Shown piece by piece: positions 38,270 through 49,711 of a stretch of 64,000 nucleotides of DNA. The notes under the pieces are model-generated. The model did no database searches and was not told the DNA's origin. It was given only the letters and a program-made list of their open reading frames with translations. Origin of the DNA: Phallusia mammillata. Lineage: Eukaryota. The translations under genes and the position numbers were made by a program. Each line of letters starts with the position of its first letter. Within the stretch, counting starts at the first letter, position 1. Where the stretch lies: contig OZ281496.1 in NCBI GenBank assembly GCA_965637545.1, positions 6,696,001 through 6,760,000 on the forward strand, written 5' to 3'.

Positions 38270-39010
38270 TCAGTGAGTATAATGTTACCAGTTACTACCA
38301 GGCGTATTGCAAACACCTTTCTTTATACTTTCTCGAATGTTAACAAATCGTCCGACGCTACGACATCCCATACCAGACGTCTTCATCAGGATAATGTCAG
38401 TTATCCAACACAATCTTTGGAACCCAGAGAGTAAACACGTGAAAGACAATGACGTAGATAAAAACCGTTGTTCAACAGTGTGAAGCGACCGATATGTAAT
38501 CGACATTAGAACATCAGTTTTTATGTTCATCGTGTTGACGCGCCGTTGAATGTTACACGATTTTAAAAGCCTCTTTTTTGTAAACTGTCTCTTTGGCAAC
38601 CGCAGCAGCAGCTGCAGAATTAATAAACTAGACCGATTTCAATGAAACCCATTATGCTATGTATCTTTGGTGTTCCTTCAGGCGCCGGTTCAATAACCTG
38701 TCTGGCACTTTAATATACAAAGGCTTTGGTTTAACGGGTGTTGGGACTTCAACTGTAAGAACCTGGATGTACTGGTTTGTTTGTAGACAAAAACGAGAAT
38801 ATTTTATTCCTGGATACAGAAATTTCGACACCACCGGAAAGGTACACTCTTGGTATGCGTGCATCACAAACCAACCAGTATTACAAGGTACCTGCAGTTC
38901 AGAATGAACATAAAAACAGATGTTCTAATGCCGATTAGCTATCGGTCGCATTTGCTGCACTTAACTCACTCTATTGCTGTTATCAGAACGATTTATAAGA
39001 CGTCGAAACA
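38270..39010. mobile_element. Nested Penelope-like fragments, duplicated at about 56740-57420
   Basis: Minus-strand LYIKVPDRLLNRRLKEHQR (degenerate GIY-YIG). Colinear with 56740-57420. Confidence 0.6.
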
Positions 39011-39145
39011 TCGAATGACTTGTTTAAATTTTCCAGACGAAAAAAACATCCTTTTTTCTATCTTTTTTCAGCTCACAACATATTAATCGTAAATCAGCTT
39101 TACCATTTTTTACTTATAATACCTGAAAAACTAATTCAAAGAGAG

Positions 39146-39909
39146 ATGACATCGACGGATTTGGACTTGGATCAAAGTGATATTTGTGATCAAAGGTTTT
39201 TGGAAGCTGGAAATAGAAAACGACATATGTTGAAACACAGCATTGAGAAACTTAAGCGATGTGATGTTTGTGAAAAAACTTTTACCCAGGCTTGGATTTT
39301 GAAAAGACACATGTTGATTCACACCAAAGAAAAGCCTCATCAGTGTACTGTTTGTGGAATGACATTTGGTCGGTTTGGAATATTGAAAGAACACATGGAG
39401 ACACACACGAATGAATAACCTCATCAATGGGACGTTTGTGAAAAAAGGTTTGCTCGTGTAGGAAGATTAAAAAGGCACTTGTTGACTCACACTAAAGAGA
39501 AACCTTATCGATGTGATGTTTGTGAGAAACGGTTTGCTCGTATGGGAATTTTAACAACACACATGTTGATTCACACAAAAGAGAAACCGTATCGATGTTT
39601 TGTTTGTGAAAAACGGTTTGCTTGTGGTAGACATTTGAAAACACACATGTTGATTCACACTAAACTAAAGAGAAATCGCATCGATGTAATGTTTGTGAGA
39701 AACGGTTTGCTCAAGGTATAGATTTGAAAAGACATATGTTGACTCACACTAAAGAAAAACCTCATCAATGTGATGTTTGTGAGAAACGGTTTGCTCGTTG
39801 GAGTGCTTTGAAAAGACACATATTGATTCACACTAAAGAGAAACCTCATCGATGTGATGTTTGCGAAATAAGATTTAATGTCATTTCAAGTTTAAAAAGC
39901 ACTTATTGA
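39146..39909 (+). pseudogene. C2H2 zinc-finger array ZF2 with stop and frameshifts
   Basis: MTSTDLDLDQSDICDQRF.., about seven fingers, in-frame TAA at 39416-39418, frameshift near 39660. Confidence 0.88.
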
Positions 39910-41689
39910 ATCACAATAAACAGTAACTTTGCCGATCTGATGTTCATGAAAATATTTGCTTTGGCTGAAAAACCACCTATTTGTACAACTTTGGTGTCCT
40001 AACAATGTAAAAAAATCATGTACCACACAGAGTCACAATGTAAACGCTGATGTTTTTCACATACATGATCATCTGTTTGAAAGCAATTAAATATTTAATT
40101 TCATTCTCGCTACTATCAGGCTCACCACACTTTGAGCTAGTTGAAAACTGCAATTTGAGTAGTTTTATCTTACTTGCTTTGATAAGAGCTCATCGGTAAA
40201 CCAAACGATCATGTTTTTGTGATGTTTTATGTCGACCGGTGAAATGTTGCATGGTTTAAACAAAAATAAGTTTACTGTATGTCGTGATTTGTGTTTTCAT
40301 GCAACTCATACAAACACACAACGTGATCAATCAACAGTGTATTAATTTTGAAAACATACTGCTTGATTACATCAGGAATCGAAATCATGAACCATACTTT
40401 TATAATTTGAGACGTTTGGCCCAGTACGGCACCACAATCAAAACTTTTGTAGGTTTGTGCGCGCTCTACGTATAGTGTAACCGCATCCACTATTTCCTGG
40501 CTGAATACAAGCAAAGTGCATCATTTGCAAAAAAGAGCTCACAAATATTTTAAAATCTTATCTACAGTTGCTAATATCCAGATGCCTCAGATAACTCCAA
40601 TGTATGCACCTTTTTAATCAAACAGTGTTCACTCAATTGGTGTTTTTTTAAACTTTACTTACTTTTCCTCACTTATTTTGCAATAAGCCACAACAGGCAA
40701 ACTTGAAAGGTGTTTACTTGTTTGTTATATTGGCTACAGCGAGACATATTGCTTCATATTCAAGTTGCAGCTGTTTTGCGTATTACACATGTAGATCTAC
40801 ATTAAATTACTGAACAAACTTTGGGATTTTCCCAGCGTCTGTCTTACCAGTTGGTTTTGCCAGTTTCGAAACAATAGAAATGACGCTTGCAATCGGACAT
40901 GCTGAAAAAGGATATTGTTGCACACCTGACTGCCATATTGCGAAGCCAGTTGATATCGGTTATAGCTTGTACCTTCACTGAAAAATTAGGCTTTGCAAAA
41001 AGATAATCGCACAAATAATACCCTGTTTCAAAGACTTTTGTTTGGTTTTGTAAACGGTATAACGCGCCAAAGAGTTATTTTCGGCTAAGCAAATGAGACG
41101 AAGTTAATATTATTATAAAAGATATTAACTTCGTCTCTGAATTCAAAGCTCTAATTAGTACATAAAACGTCATTGGTGAACTTGCGTAAAAGTTTATTAT
41201 AATAACGTCATACACATTAACGTTTATACTTGAAATTAAGTGACGTTACATATGCTAGCTTTGACAGGTACTTCAGACTTGACAGGATAACCAGAAACGC
41301 TACAGTGTAGTGGGATGCAAAAAAACTAATTTTATGTTAACGTTCGCAGCATTACGAACATTTCGATCTACACGCGGAATTAATGGATTTAACGGCACGT
41401 GTTAACATAAAAACACTTTCCGCCTAAAACGAAACGAAAACCGCAAACGAAATTGACATGAATGTGATATATTTTTATTTTCCAAATAATGTTTTGTGAT
41501 AGTTTATAATCGTATCAACAGCGTTGTAAGCTTTTTTTTTGGTTTTAGCTGATAGCAAGTTGCATACTTTATTTTTAACTAATTTGTCGTTCACGTGGTG
41601 TAATGCTAAACAAAATACTAGTTGTTTTATTAAGAACTTGTATTTTTGCCAATGTTTCGCTCACCAGAACGGTCACTGTAGCTAAATGA

Positions 41690-42960
41690 GTGTGTAACAT
41701 CACGCCGCGTAGTTGAAACCTAAATTGGAATTCAAAGCACAGGCTAAGTATACGCTGCTAAACGTTAATTGATTGACTGCATGCCCTGAGTCAAACTAGT
41801 CAATAGCTTACTGTAACACAAACTCGTGCAAACGTCGGAGATCGCACCTACACAACTAATTTCTGTCTACATTATTTTGTGTACGGGCAACAACTGGTCA
41901 TAGTAAGCCAGATTAAAACGTCAGCTAGGAATTTTCACTTGCATATATAAGGCCGATGCTAGGTTTAGAAAACATTATGATGCGCCGCAAAGGTCTCTTA
42001 TATCTGCGAATTTGTTCAAACAAACTATAATTAAATCCCTGTCGTGGGATTCCATCGCATGTTAGATTTTTCTGGTCTGCTCCTTGTGCAAATTTAAGCG
42101 AGATTGGCATATATTGCAATTATTGTCCAACAGTATTTCGTTTGATTATGTTTCTTGATGGTAATATTTCCTAAAATTCAATTGTTTCAAAGTTTGCCTT
42201 AATTTCTATGTGGAAAATTTCTGAATTTCTTTTCCTTTATGCTGAACAATGTCGCATCATCAGTGTTATAAAATATGTTATAGCTTCAAGCAGTTTTTCT
42301 TTGCGTTGTAAATATGCTTAAGATTCGTGGTTCCGCTCGTAAGAACATATCCTAGAAGCCACACTTTTCAACACTTAACTTTTAAATAAACACTAACAAC
42401 CCTTAATTTAAAGGCAAATGAACCCCGGCTGAGGATTCTCTGGTACTCCGATTTGTATACTTCTCCTCAGCAGTTTGGTGATGACGAGTAAATGACTTTT
42501 TCGTAACACACCAAGCAAAAACGTTTGAAAATTAATTTTGCATCATATAAAAACGAATAAATGTAATCAAATAGTTAACATTTGGAAAAACAACGTGTAA
42601 ACTACTTGTTGGCTTGCATCACGCAATTTGAGGTGTTAACTGACACTTTGTGCAATTTCGTTTCCCTATTCAGAAAAACGCTTCGTCCCAATGTTGTGTA
42701 CAACCACATGCAAAGTGTTCACACGCGTCACTGTAGCTGAATGAGTGTGTAACATCACGCATAGTTGACACCTAAATTGTCATTCAAAAAGCAGTCAAAA
42801 CGTACGCTGCCAAACGTTCTATTGAAAAAACGCTACATGCACCATTCGTCCCTGACTGTATGCCCTGAGTCAAACTAGTCAATTGCTTCCTGTAATACAA
42901 AAATGTGCAAACGTCGGAGGACGCAGCTGCATAACCGATTACTGCTTGAAGTACTTCGTG
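41690..42960 (+). repeat. Two diverged direct repeats of about 220 bp (41690-41900, 42728-42960)
   Basis: Share GTCACTGTAGCT(A/G)AATGAGTGTGTAACATCACGC and ATGCCCTGAGTCAAACTAGTCAAT. Confidence 0.75.
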
Positions 42961-43934
42961 TATGCGAAGCAACTGGAAACAGTAGCCCAGTTGAGGGATT
43001 TTCAGTAGCGAGGTAAAGCTAATGAAAAGATGAATTGATTTGTTAGGACGATTCTTTATTGTTTATAACACACAGGTATAATATTTCACAAGCGGTTTGC
43101 TGAGGTTTCTTGTAATATTTTCCACAAAAGGTAATAAAAATGGCGCAAAAGTGTTTTCACCGGAGTGTTAGTACCTGGCCTGTTACAGCGAGAATTGCTT
43201 AAATGTGCCTTCTTTCTCTGTTTACCAGTGGTATGACTTCATTGACTATGACGTAACAAAGCGTTTGCCAGGATTGGTCAGAAATCTCCAAACGTAACAA
43301 TGCGTGTGATGTCATTAGTGTCGCAATCTTGTGCTGACCACGTTTTACAGTTTCTTTCTGTGCTGTGAGCAGGCTTTTTAGTAGTTGCAGTTGTGGTAGA
43401 TCTAATGTAGTTTTTTGTAGATATTTATGTGCTAACAATATAGTGTATTATGTGCAGCTATAAAAACATGAAAGCTAAAGTTATTAAAAAGCTGAAACGT
43501 CTTAGTCCGTCAAAGTGCCTGTAATTCAGTCCTGGACTCCTAACAAGTTGGTACGTAATTGAATGTGTAAATTGTGTTAGTTAAATGTCGTGATAATATT
43601 TGTGTATGAGTTAAGAGGTGTTGACTTTCTTAATGTAACATATTCTTGTGTAAGTTTATCGGCCATATTGAATGTGTGTATTGTTGCCGATTGTGACACG
43701 TTTCTGTTCGTTTAACAGAGAACCAATGCTGTTGTGCAACCGAGGAGAAATTTGTACCTTCAGGCAGACAGTGTTGCGTTCAAGACAAATTAGGAAACCC
43801 CCTAGTGCGGCGGTCGGTGCAGATCCAGGCTGCATAGATTTTTAAGTAAATTACGGCCGCTACATTAAAGTTCTCAACTTTGGGACACACGACGACCTGA
43901 AGTTTGATAAAAGACGTTTCTCGAATATTGCAAC

Positions 43935-46900
43935 ATGGTTGTAACGAAGACATCGCTGAAGGCGATAGTGGACAAACTAAATTCTCTCTACCGAGAAGCA
44001 GAAGAATTAATGATCGATAAACAGAATGTAAAAGTCCTGAAGGAGAAGCAGAAGCAAGTCTCTTTAACTTTCGAAGAGTACGTCGAAATGCACTTTGATT
44101 ACGTCAGTGCTTTGAAACGTAAGAATGCCAAGTCTAAGGCTAAGGAGGAGCTTAGCAGCTTGCGCAAGGGCAAAGAAGAATTCGAAAATCGCATCGACGA
44201 GTGGCTGTCTGGCATTGAAGAGAATCACGACGATATTGTTACCGTGAAGTCAAAGCGAAGTCACAATTCGCATGCGTCAAAGTCAGCTACTGTGCGATCA
44301 TCGATTGCCAGTTCTCGTTCAAGTACGAAACGCACCGAAGCTATCGTTAGAAAGGAACTAGCTGTTCTCAAGAGAAAGCAACTTGAGGAAAGACATCGAG
44401 CAAAATTGCAAGTTGATCTCTTAGAAGCAGAACACGAGATTCAAGCCGCAGCGGTTGAAGCTGATATCTGGGAACGTCGTTCGTTTGTTGGAACACGCGA
44501 CGTACAGAATTTAGATTCCGTTTCTACGACGTCAGTCCCTTGTCGAATCGAGGAACATGTGAAGGAAACGCCGAAATCACCGTCGCGGCCAGAATTGAAA
44601 TCAAAGACCGCTTTGGAAACCCCAGCTGCGCAAGAGCCGTTACTGGCCGAAAACCAACTAGATTTGTCTAACGGTGACCCACCGAACATGGTTAGTGTTG
44701 AGCACAAACCACAGGTCAGTGATTTAATGCACGTTGCTTCACTATTGAAATATGGCCTCCATTTACCCAAGCCCGAGTTACTGCATTTCGATGGCAACCC
44801 GTTACATTACACCCGTTTTATGACAACGTTTGATGAATGTATTGCTAGCCGTGTGCAAAGTGACAAGTCCAAACTAAACTATCTCATTCAGTATTGTTCT
44901 GGTGAGGCCGAAAAAATGATATTGTTTTGTTCGTGTATGGACGATGACGGCTGCCGCAAGGCACGGAAAGTTTTGCATGACCATTATGGTCGTCCGTTTA
45001 TTATAGCCAGGTCCTATGTTCAACGTCTGACCCAGGGTCCGTATTTGAAAGCCGATGACAGCGAAGGGCTGCAGGAGCTTGCACGTCACTTGGATGAATG
45101 TCATGTCACTTTGTCTCATTTGGGTTATTTTGCTGATATAAATAACTTTGAACATCTCCTAAGTATTGCTAGACGTTTGCCACTAAACATGCAACACAGG
45201 TGGAAACGACATGCTGGCGAGATCGAGCTGCGTGGAAGCGAACCGCAGTTTTCGCATTTGGTGGAGTTCGTCCAGAATGAAGCGCTGATTGCGAACACAC
45301 TGTTTGGAAGAATGATGACGTCTAAGAAGGACAGCGGACCACCGAAACCGGTCAAGCCCCCGCCAAGGATGTTAAGAGCCTCGTCACATGCTGCTTCCGT
45401 GTCAACAGGTTACGACGGAAGGCAAGCATCGACAAGCAAGCCGTCAGGTGACGAGTGTCCAATCTGTAATGTGTCTCACGCTTTAGCGCAATGTAAAGTG
45501 TTCAAAGGAAAGCAGTTCGGAGAACGGCTGCGGATAGTGCGAAGAGCTAGGCTCTGTGACAACTGTTTTGCTAAAGGTCACATCGCTAGGAATTGTACAT
45601 TGCAGAGTTCTTGTTCACTAGAAGGATGTCGTCGAAGACATCACATGCTATTACCTCATGATTTACCTGAACCAGAGTCGGACAACCTTTCACAGCGAAG
45701 AGAGCAAAGGCCAAGTCCAGCAAAGAATGGAAGTGCCTCAAAGACCGTGGTAACCTCAACTTCGTGTGCAGCCAAGTCGTCCGCACCTCAGGTTGGCCAA
45801 AACGTATATATGAATATTGTCCCAGTACGGGTCAGTGGCAAAAACGGAAAGGAGGTTGAAACGTACGCCTTTCTGGATTCCGGTTCAAACTCGACGATGT
45901 GCTCGAGACGACTGCTAGATATGCTTAACCTGACAGGTGACAAGATTGAATTTACACTTTCAACGATTAATGGGAAAACACAGAACAACAACGGTTCTGT
46001 CGTTAGTCTATCTGCTAGACCGCTAGATGGCGCAGGAGTTGTTGACCTGCCATATGTGATTATGGTAGATAATTTACCTGTTGTTCCGAATAGGTGCGAT
46101 AAAAAATGGTCGCATCTTCGTGACGTTAAATTCACGACGCCATTAAATGATGAAGTTCTACTGCTGATCGGACTGGATGTACCAGAAGCATTTTGGATCG
46201 AAGATGAGAGAAGAGGACGACGCGGAGAGCCGAGCGCAGTCAAGACAGTTCTCGGTTGGTCTCTGTTCGGTACTGCTTCGTCTCGTTCTGGCAGATGCAG
46301 TGTGCAGCACGTCCAGGTGAACCACGTTAACTTGTCTAATGAGTTGTTGCATCAACAAGTAAAGAAGATGTGGGAAACTGAGTTTAAAGATTCCAGTCTA
46401 GGTTCCAGTGTCGGTATGTCAAAGGAGGACAAATACGCGATGAAGCTAATGAACGACTCTGTGAAATTAGAAGATAACCATTACTGTTTGCGATTGCCGT
46501 GGCGTGCAGGATCGCCCAATCTGCCAAACAACCGCACACAGGCTGTGCAAAGGCTGAGCTACCTAAAGCGTCGTTTGAATAACGACAGTCACTTGTGTCA
46601 GAAGTACAAGGAGACGATTAACGGCTATCTGAAGAATGGATACGCGCAGCGTCTCAAAGCGGATGATCGAAAGGAAGAGAAGAGGTCAATTTGGTATTTG
46701 CCACATCACCCGGTTCTGCACCCGCAGAAGCCAGGGAAGGTCAGAGTGGTGTTTGACTGCGCGGCAAAATTTCGGGACACGTCCTTAAACAAGCAGCTGT
46801 TGCAAGGTCCCGACCTAATGAATAGCCTGGTTGGCGTTCTTTTACGGTTCCGGCAAGAGGCTATTGCCATTGTTGCCGACGTGGAGGCTATGTTCCACCA

Positions 46901-47753
46901 AGTGAGAGTGGATCCTAGGGATATTGACTGTTTGCGATTCGTGTGGTGGCCGGACGGAGACATGACGAGGCGGCCAGTAGATTTCCGAATGTTGGTCCAT
47001 TTGTTTGGAGCGACGTCGTCGCCGTGTTGTGCAAGTTTTAGTTTGCGGCGTACCGCAGACGACAATTGTCATGCATTTTCAGAAGAGACCGTTGCTACAG
47101 TGCGACGCAATTTTTATGTGGACGACTGTTTAAAGTCTGTCGCTACTTTACAGGAAGCCAAGCAGTTGGTGCAGGAGATTCGCGCGCTTTTGCAGCGTGG
47201 CGGTTTTCACTTGAGGAAGTGGTTAAGCAACGACGAAAGAGTCTTAGATGATGTACCTAAGAGCGACTCAGCGAAGTCTTCATTCTCTTTGAAAGATGAC
47301 ACCGGTCAAGTGGAACGTATTCTTGGGGTGAGCTGGAATTATCGTACCGATACGTTTCAATTTGATGTCAAGGTAAAGGAAAAGCCGATCACCAGACGAG
47401 GCATATTGTCTGTAGTGAGTTCTCTTTTTGATCCTTTGGGGTTTGTTGCTCCAGTTGTCTTGCAGGCGCGAATGTTGCTGCAAGAGTTGTGCAGACAGGG
47501 TGTTGGATGGGACGAGGAAGTACCAGAAGATATTGCCACAGCGTGGCGCCATTGGATTTCCGAGTTGCCGGAACTTTCCTCTGTTCAAATACCCAGATGT
47601 TTGAAGGCAAGCCGATTGGGAAGAATCAAGGTATGCGAGTTGCACCATTTTGCCGATGCATCATCGCATGGTTACGGAACCGTGTCATACCTGAGGGTTG
47701 AAGATTTAATAGGCGTGTGTGTTGTACCCTTTTGTTTGCAAAAGCTAGACTAG
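43935..47753 (+). CDS. BEL/Pao Gag-Pol, N-terminal part (Gag, three Cys/His knuckles, protease, RT, RNase H start)
   Basis: LPKPELLHFDGNP Gag motif, CPIC..H..C, CDNC..H..C, CSLEGC..HH, AFLDSGS protease, YVDD RT, HHFADAS RNase H. Confidence 0.95.
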   Translation: MVVTKTSLKAIVDKLNSLYREAEELMIDKQNVKVLKEKQKQVSLTFEEYVEMHFDYVSALKRKNAKSKAKEELSSLRKGKEEFENRIDEWLSGIEENHDDIVTVKSKRSHNSHASKSATVRSSIASSRSSTKRTEAIVRKELAVLKRKQLEERHRAKLQVDLLEAEHEIQAAAVEADIWERRSFVGTRDVQNLDSVSTTSVPCRIEEHVKETPKSPSRPELKSKTALETPAAQEPLLAENQLDLSNGDPPNMVSVEHKPQVSDLMHVASLLKYGLHLPKPELLHFDGNPLHYTRFMTTFDECIASRVQSDKSKLNYLIQYCSGEAEKMILFCSCMDDDGCRKARKVLHDHYGRPFIIARSYVQRLTQGPYLKADDSEGLQELARHLDECHVTLSHLGYFADINNFEHLLSIARRLPLNMQHRWKRHAGEIELRGSEPQFSHLVEFVQNEALIANTLFGRMMTSKKDSGPPKPVKPPPRMLRASSHAASVSTGYDGRQASTSKPSGDECPICNVSHALAQCKVFKGKQFGERLRIVRRARLCDNCFAKGHIARNCTLQSSCSLEGCRRRHHMLLPHDLPEPESDNLSQRREQRPSPAKNGSASKTVVTSTSCAAKSSAPQVGQNVYMNIVPVRVSGKNGKEVETYAFLDSGSNSTMCSRRLLDMLNLTGDKIEFTLSTINGKTQNNNGSVVSLSARPLDGAGVVDLPYVIMVDNLPVVPNRCDKKWSHLRDVKFTTPLNDEVLLLIGLDVPEAFWIEDERRGRRGEPSAVKTVLGWSLFGTASSRSGRCSVQHVQVNHVNLSNELLHQQVKKMWETEFKDSSLGSSVGMSKEDKYAMKLMNDSVKLEDNHYCLRLPWRAGSPNLPNNRTQAVQRLSYLKRRLNNDSHLCQKYKETINGYLKNGYAQRLKADDRKEEKRSIWYLPHHPVLHPQKPGKVRVVFDCAAKFRDTSLNKQLLQGPDLMNSLVGVLLRFRQEAIAIVADVEAMFHQVRVDPRDIDCLRFVWWPDGDMTRRPVDFRMLVHLFGATSSPCCASFSLRRTADDNCHAFSEETVATVRRNFYVDDCLKSVATLQEAKQLVQEIRALLQRGGFHLRKWLSNDERVLDDVPKSDSAKSSFSLKDDTGQVERILGVSWNYRTDTFQFDVKVKEKPITRRGILSVVSSLFDPLGFVAPVVLQARMLLQELCRQGVGWDEEVPEDIATAWRHWISELPELSSVQIPRCLKASRLGRIKVCELHHFADASSHGYGTVSYLRVEDLIGVCVVPFCLQKLD

Positions 47754-49711
47754 CCCCACTGAAAGTCGTTTCTATTCCGCGACTTGAGCTGACAGCAGCT
47801 ACACTTGCTGTGAAAATGGACCAGGTTCTGAGAAAGGAGTTGGACCTGAATATTGAAAAATCAACTTTCTGGACAGATTCTACGTCTGTACTGCGATGCA
47901 TCAACAACACGTCCAAGCGTTTTCCTGTCTTTGTGGCAAATCGGCTGACGAAGATAGATGAAGGATCTGATGCTTCACAGTGGAAACATGTACCAACGGC
48001 GCTGAATCCGGCTGACGACGCGTCGCGGGGTTTGAGAGTTGCTGCGTTGGTAAAATGCGAGAGATGGTTTGCTGGACCACTGTTTTTGTGCAAGTCAGAG
48101 GATCAATGGCCTACGAGTCCTTTGATTCCAAACGTTCTACCCGAGGAGTTTGTGCTAAAAGAGCGAAAGGAAGTCGCAGTTCATCTTGTTTCTCCGAAAT
48201 TCGACTGCATAAATCAGTTGATCAATCGATACTCGTCATGGAAAAGACTGAAGAAGGCTGTGGCATGGCTGCTACGGTTTGTCGAGTTTATTCGAACGAA
48301 AAAGAAGCTACAAGTTGCCAATCCGATAAGCGTTGCGGAACTGCAAAATGCAGAGCTTGCAGTGATGAAATACGTTCAGCAGCAGGAGTTTACTGAAGAA
48401 ATTCGTGCACTTTCACAGCGCGATCATAAGTGTGCTGTGAGCAAGCGTGAATCGAGGAAATCTGGAAGGTCTTTGCAGAGGCTGAATCCCATTTTGGTTG
48501 ATGGTGTTTTACGTGTTGGAGGTCGCTTGCATCGTGCACCGGTGGCATATGACTTGAAGCATCCGGTGATTCTGCCCAACAAACACCACGTGACAAATCT
48601 GATTATCGAGGATCATCACAATACCGTTCAGCATTCTGGCATGGGTCTAACATGGACATCGCTACGACAGAAGTACTGGGTTGTTCGTGGTGGAGTTGCA
48701 GTAAGGCGTGTGTTGGGACAATGCATATTTTGTCGTCGACGCAACGCACCCATCGGCCGACAGATGATGGCAAACTTACCACGTGAACGAATAACGCCAG
48801 GAGAGCCTCCATTCACGTACGTTGGAGTGGATTATTTTGGGCCTTTGTTGGTAAAGCAAGGGAGGAGCGAGGTTAAGCGCTACGGATGTATATTTACGTG
48901 TCTGACAGTTCGTGCTGTGCACATTGAAATCGCACACTCGCTGTCAACGGATTCTTTTATTGACGCCCTTCGGAGGTTCATTGGTCGCCGAGGAAAACCG
49001 AAGAAAATCTTCAGCGACAACGGGACCAACTTTATTGGAGCTAATCGCGTTTTGCGCGACTCGTTGAAGGCTTGGAATCAAGCGCAGATTTATGATCGTC
49101 TCAGGCAGCGTGACATTGAATGGGCTTTCAATCCGCCTACTGCAAGTCACATGAGTGGAGTTTGGGAGCGGCTCATTCGGTCTGTGCGGAAAATACTGAC
49201 TGCTCTCATGTCTGAACAAACGCCAAATGATGAAACTCTCATTACCTTTATGGTAGAAGTGGAAGCGATACTTAATTCTCGACCACTCACTCCAGTTACT
49301 ATGGATACAGAAAGTGACGAACCTTTAACGCCAAATCATCTGGTGTTGCTGGGGCATTATGATACACTGCCGCCAGGGATTTTTGATAAGAAGGACAACT
49401 ACGTTAGACGTCGTTGGCGCCAGGTGCAATACCTAGCCAACCAATTCTGGTCTAGATGGGTCAACGAGTACCTGCCGACTTTACAAGTTCGGCAAAAATG
49501 GACTGTTCCAGAGCGCAATCTAGCGCATGATGATCTTGTTCTTCTCGCGGACAACTCCGTCCCGCGAGGCAGATGGCTGACGGGGAGAGTCGTGGATACT
49601 TACCCTGCAGAGGATGGATCGGTACGCACCGTACTGGTCAAAACCAAAAATGGGACTTTGAAAAGGCCAATTGCTAAATTGTGCCTGATTCGCAAAGCGG
49701 GCGAAAACTAG
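47717..49711 (+). CDS. BEL/Pao Pol, C-terminal part (RNase H end and integrase), frameshifted relative to the upstream ORF
   Basis: LLFAKARLAP, WTDS, HHCC zinc finger, GVDYFGP, FSDNGTNF, EAILNSRPL, WPRG-like PRGRW motif. Confidence 0.93.
   Translation: MCCTLLFAKARLAPLKVVSIPRLELTAATLAVKMDQVLRKELDLNIEKSTFWTDSTSVLRCINNTSKRFPVFVANRLTKIDEGSDASQWKHVPTALNPADDASRGLRVAALVKCERWFAGPLFLCKSEDQWPTSPLIPNVLPEEFVLKERKEVAVHLVSPKFDCINQLINRYSSWKRLKKAVAWLLRFVEFIRTKKKLQVANPISVAELQNAELAVMKYVQQQEFTEEIRALSQRDHKCAVSKRESRKSGRSLQRLNPILVDGVLRVGGRLHRAPVAYDLKHPVILPNKHHVTNLIIEDHHNTVQHSGMGLTWTSLRQKYWVVRGGVAVRRVLGQCIFCRRRNAPIGRQMMANLPRERITPGEPPFTYVGVDYFGPLLVKQGRSEVKRYGCIFTCLTVRAVHIEIAHSLSTDSFIDALRRFIGRRGKPKKIFSDNGTNFIGANRVLRDSLKAWNQAQIYDRLRQRDIEWAFNPPTASHMSGVWERLIRSVRKILTALMSEQTPNDETLITFMVEVEAILNSRPLTPVTMDTESDEPLTPNHLVLLGHYDTLPPGIFDKKDNYVRRRWRQVQYLANQFWSRWVNEYLPTLQVRQKWTVPERNLAHDDLVLLADNSVPRGRWLTGRVVDTYPAEDGSVRTVLVKTKNGTLKRPIAKLCLIRKAGEN

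Noticed and set aside
34974-39418. Stop readthrough or selenocysteine recoding in ZF arrays
   Set aside because: The stops replace Arg or Lys codons (CGA to TGA, AAA to TAA), not Cys, and coexist with frameshifts.
44441-49219. Alternative-frame and antisense ORFs within the BEL element
   Set aside because: Expected from higher GC coding sequence; no recognisable motifs.
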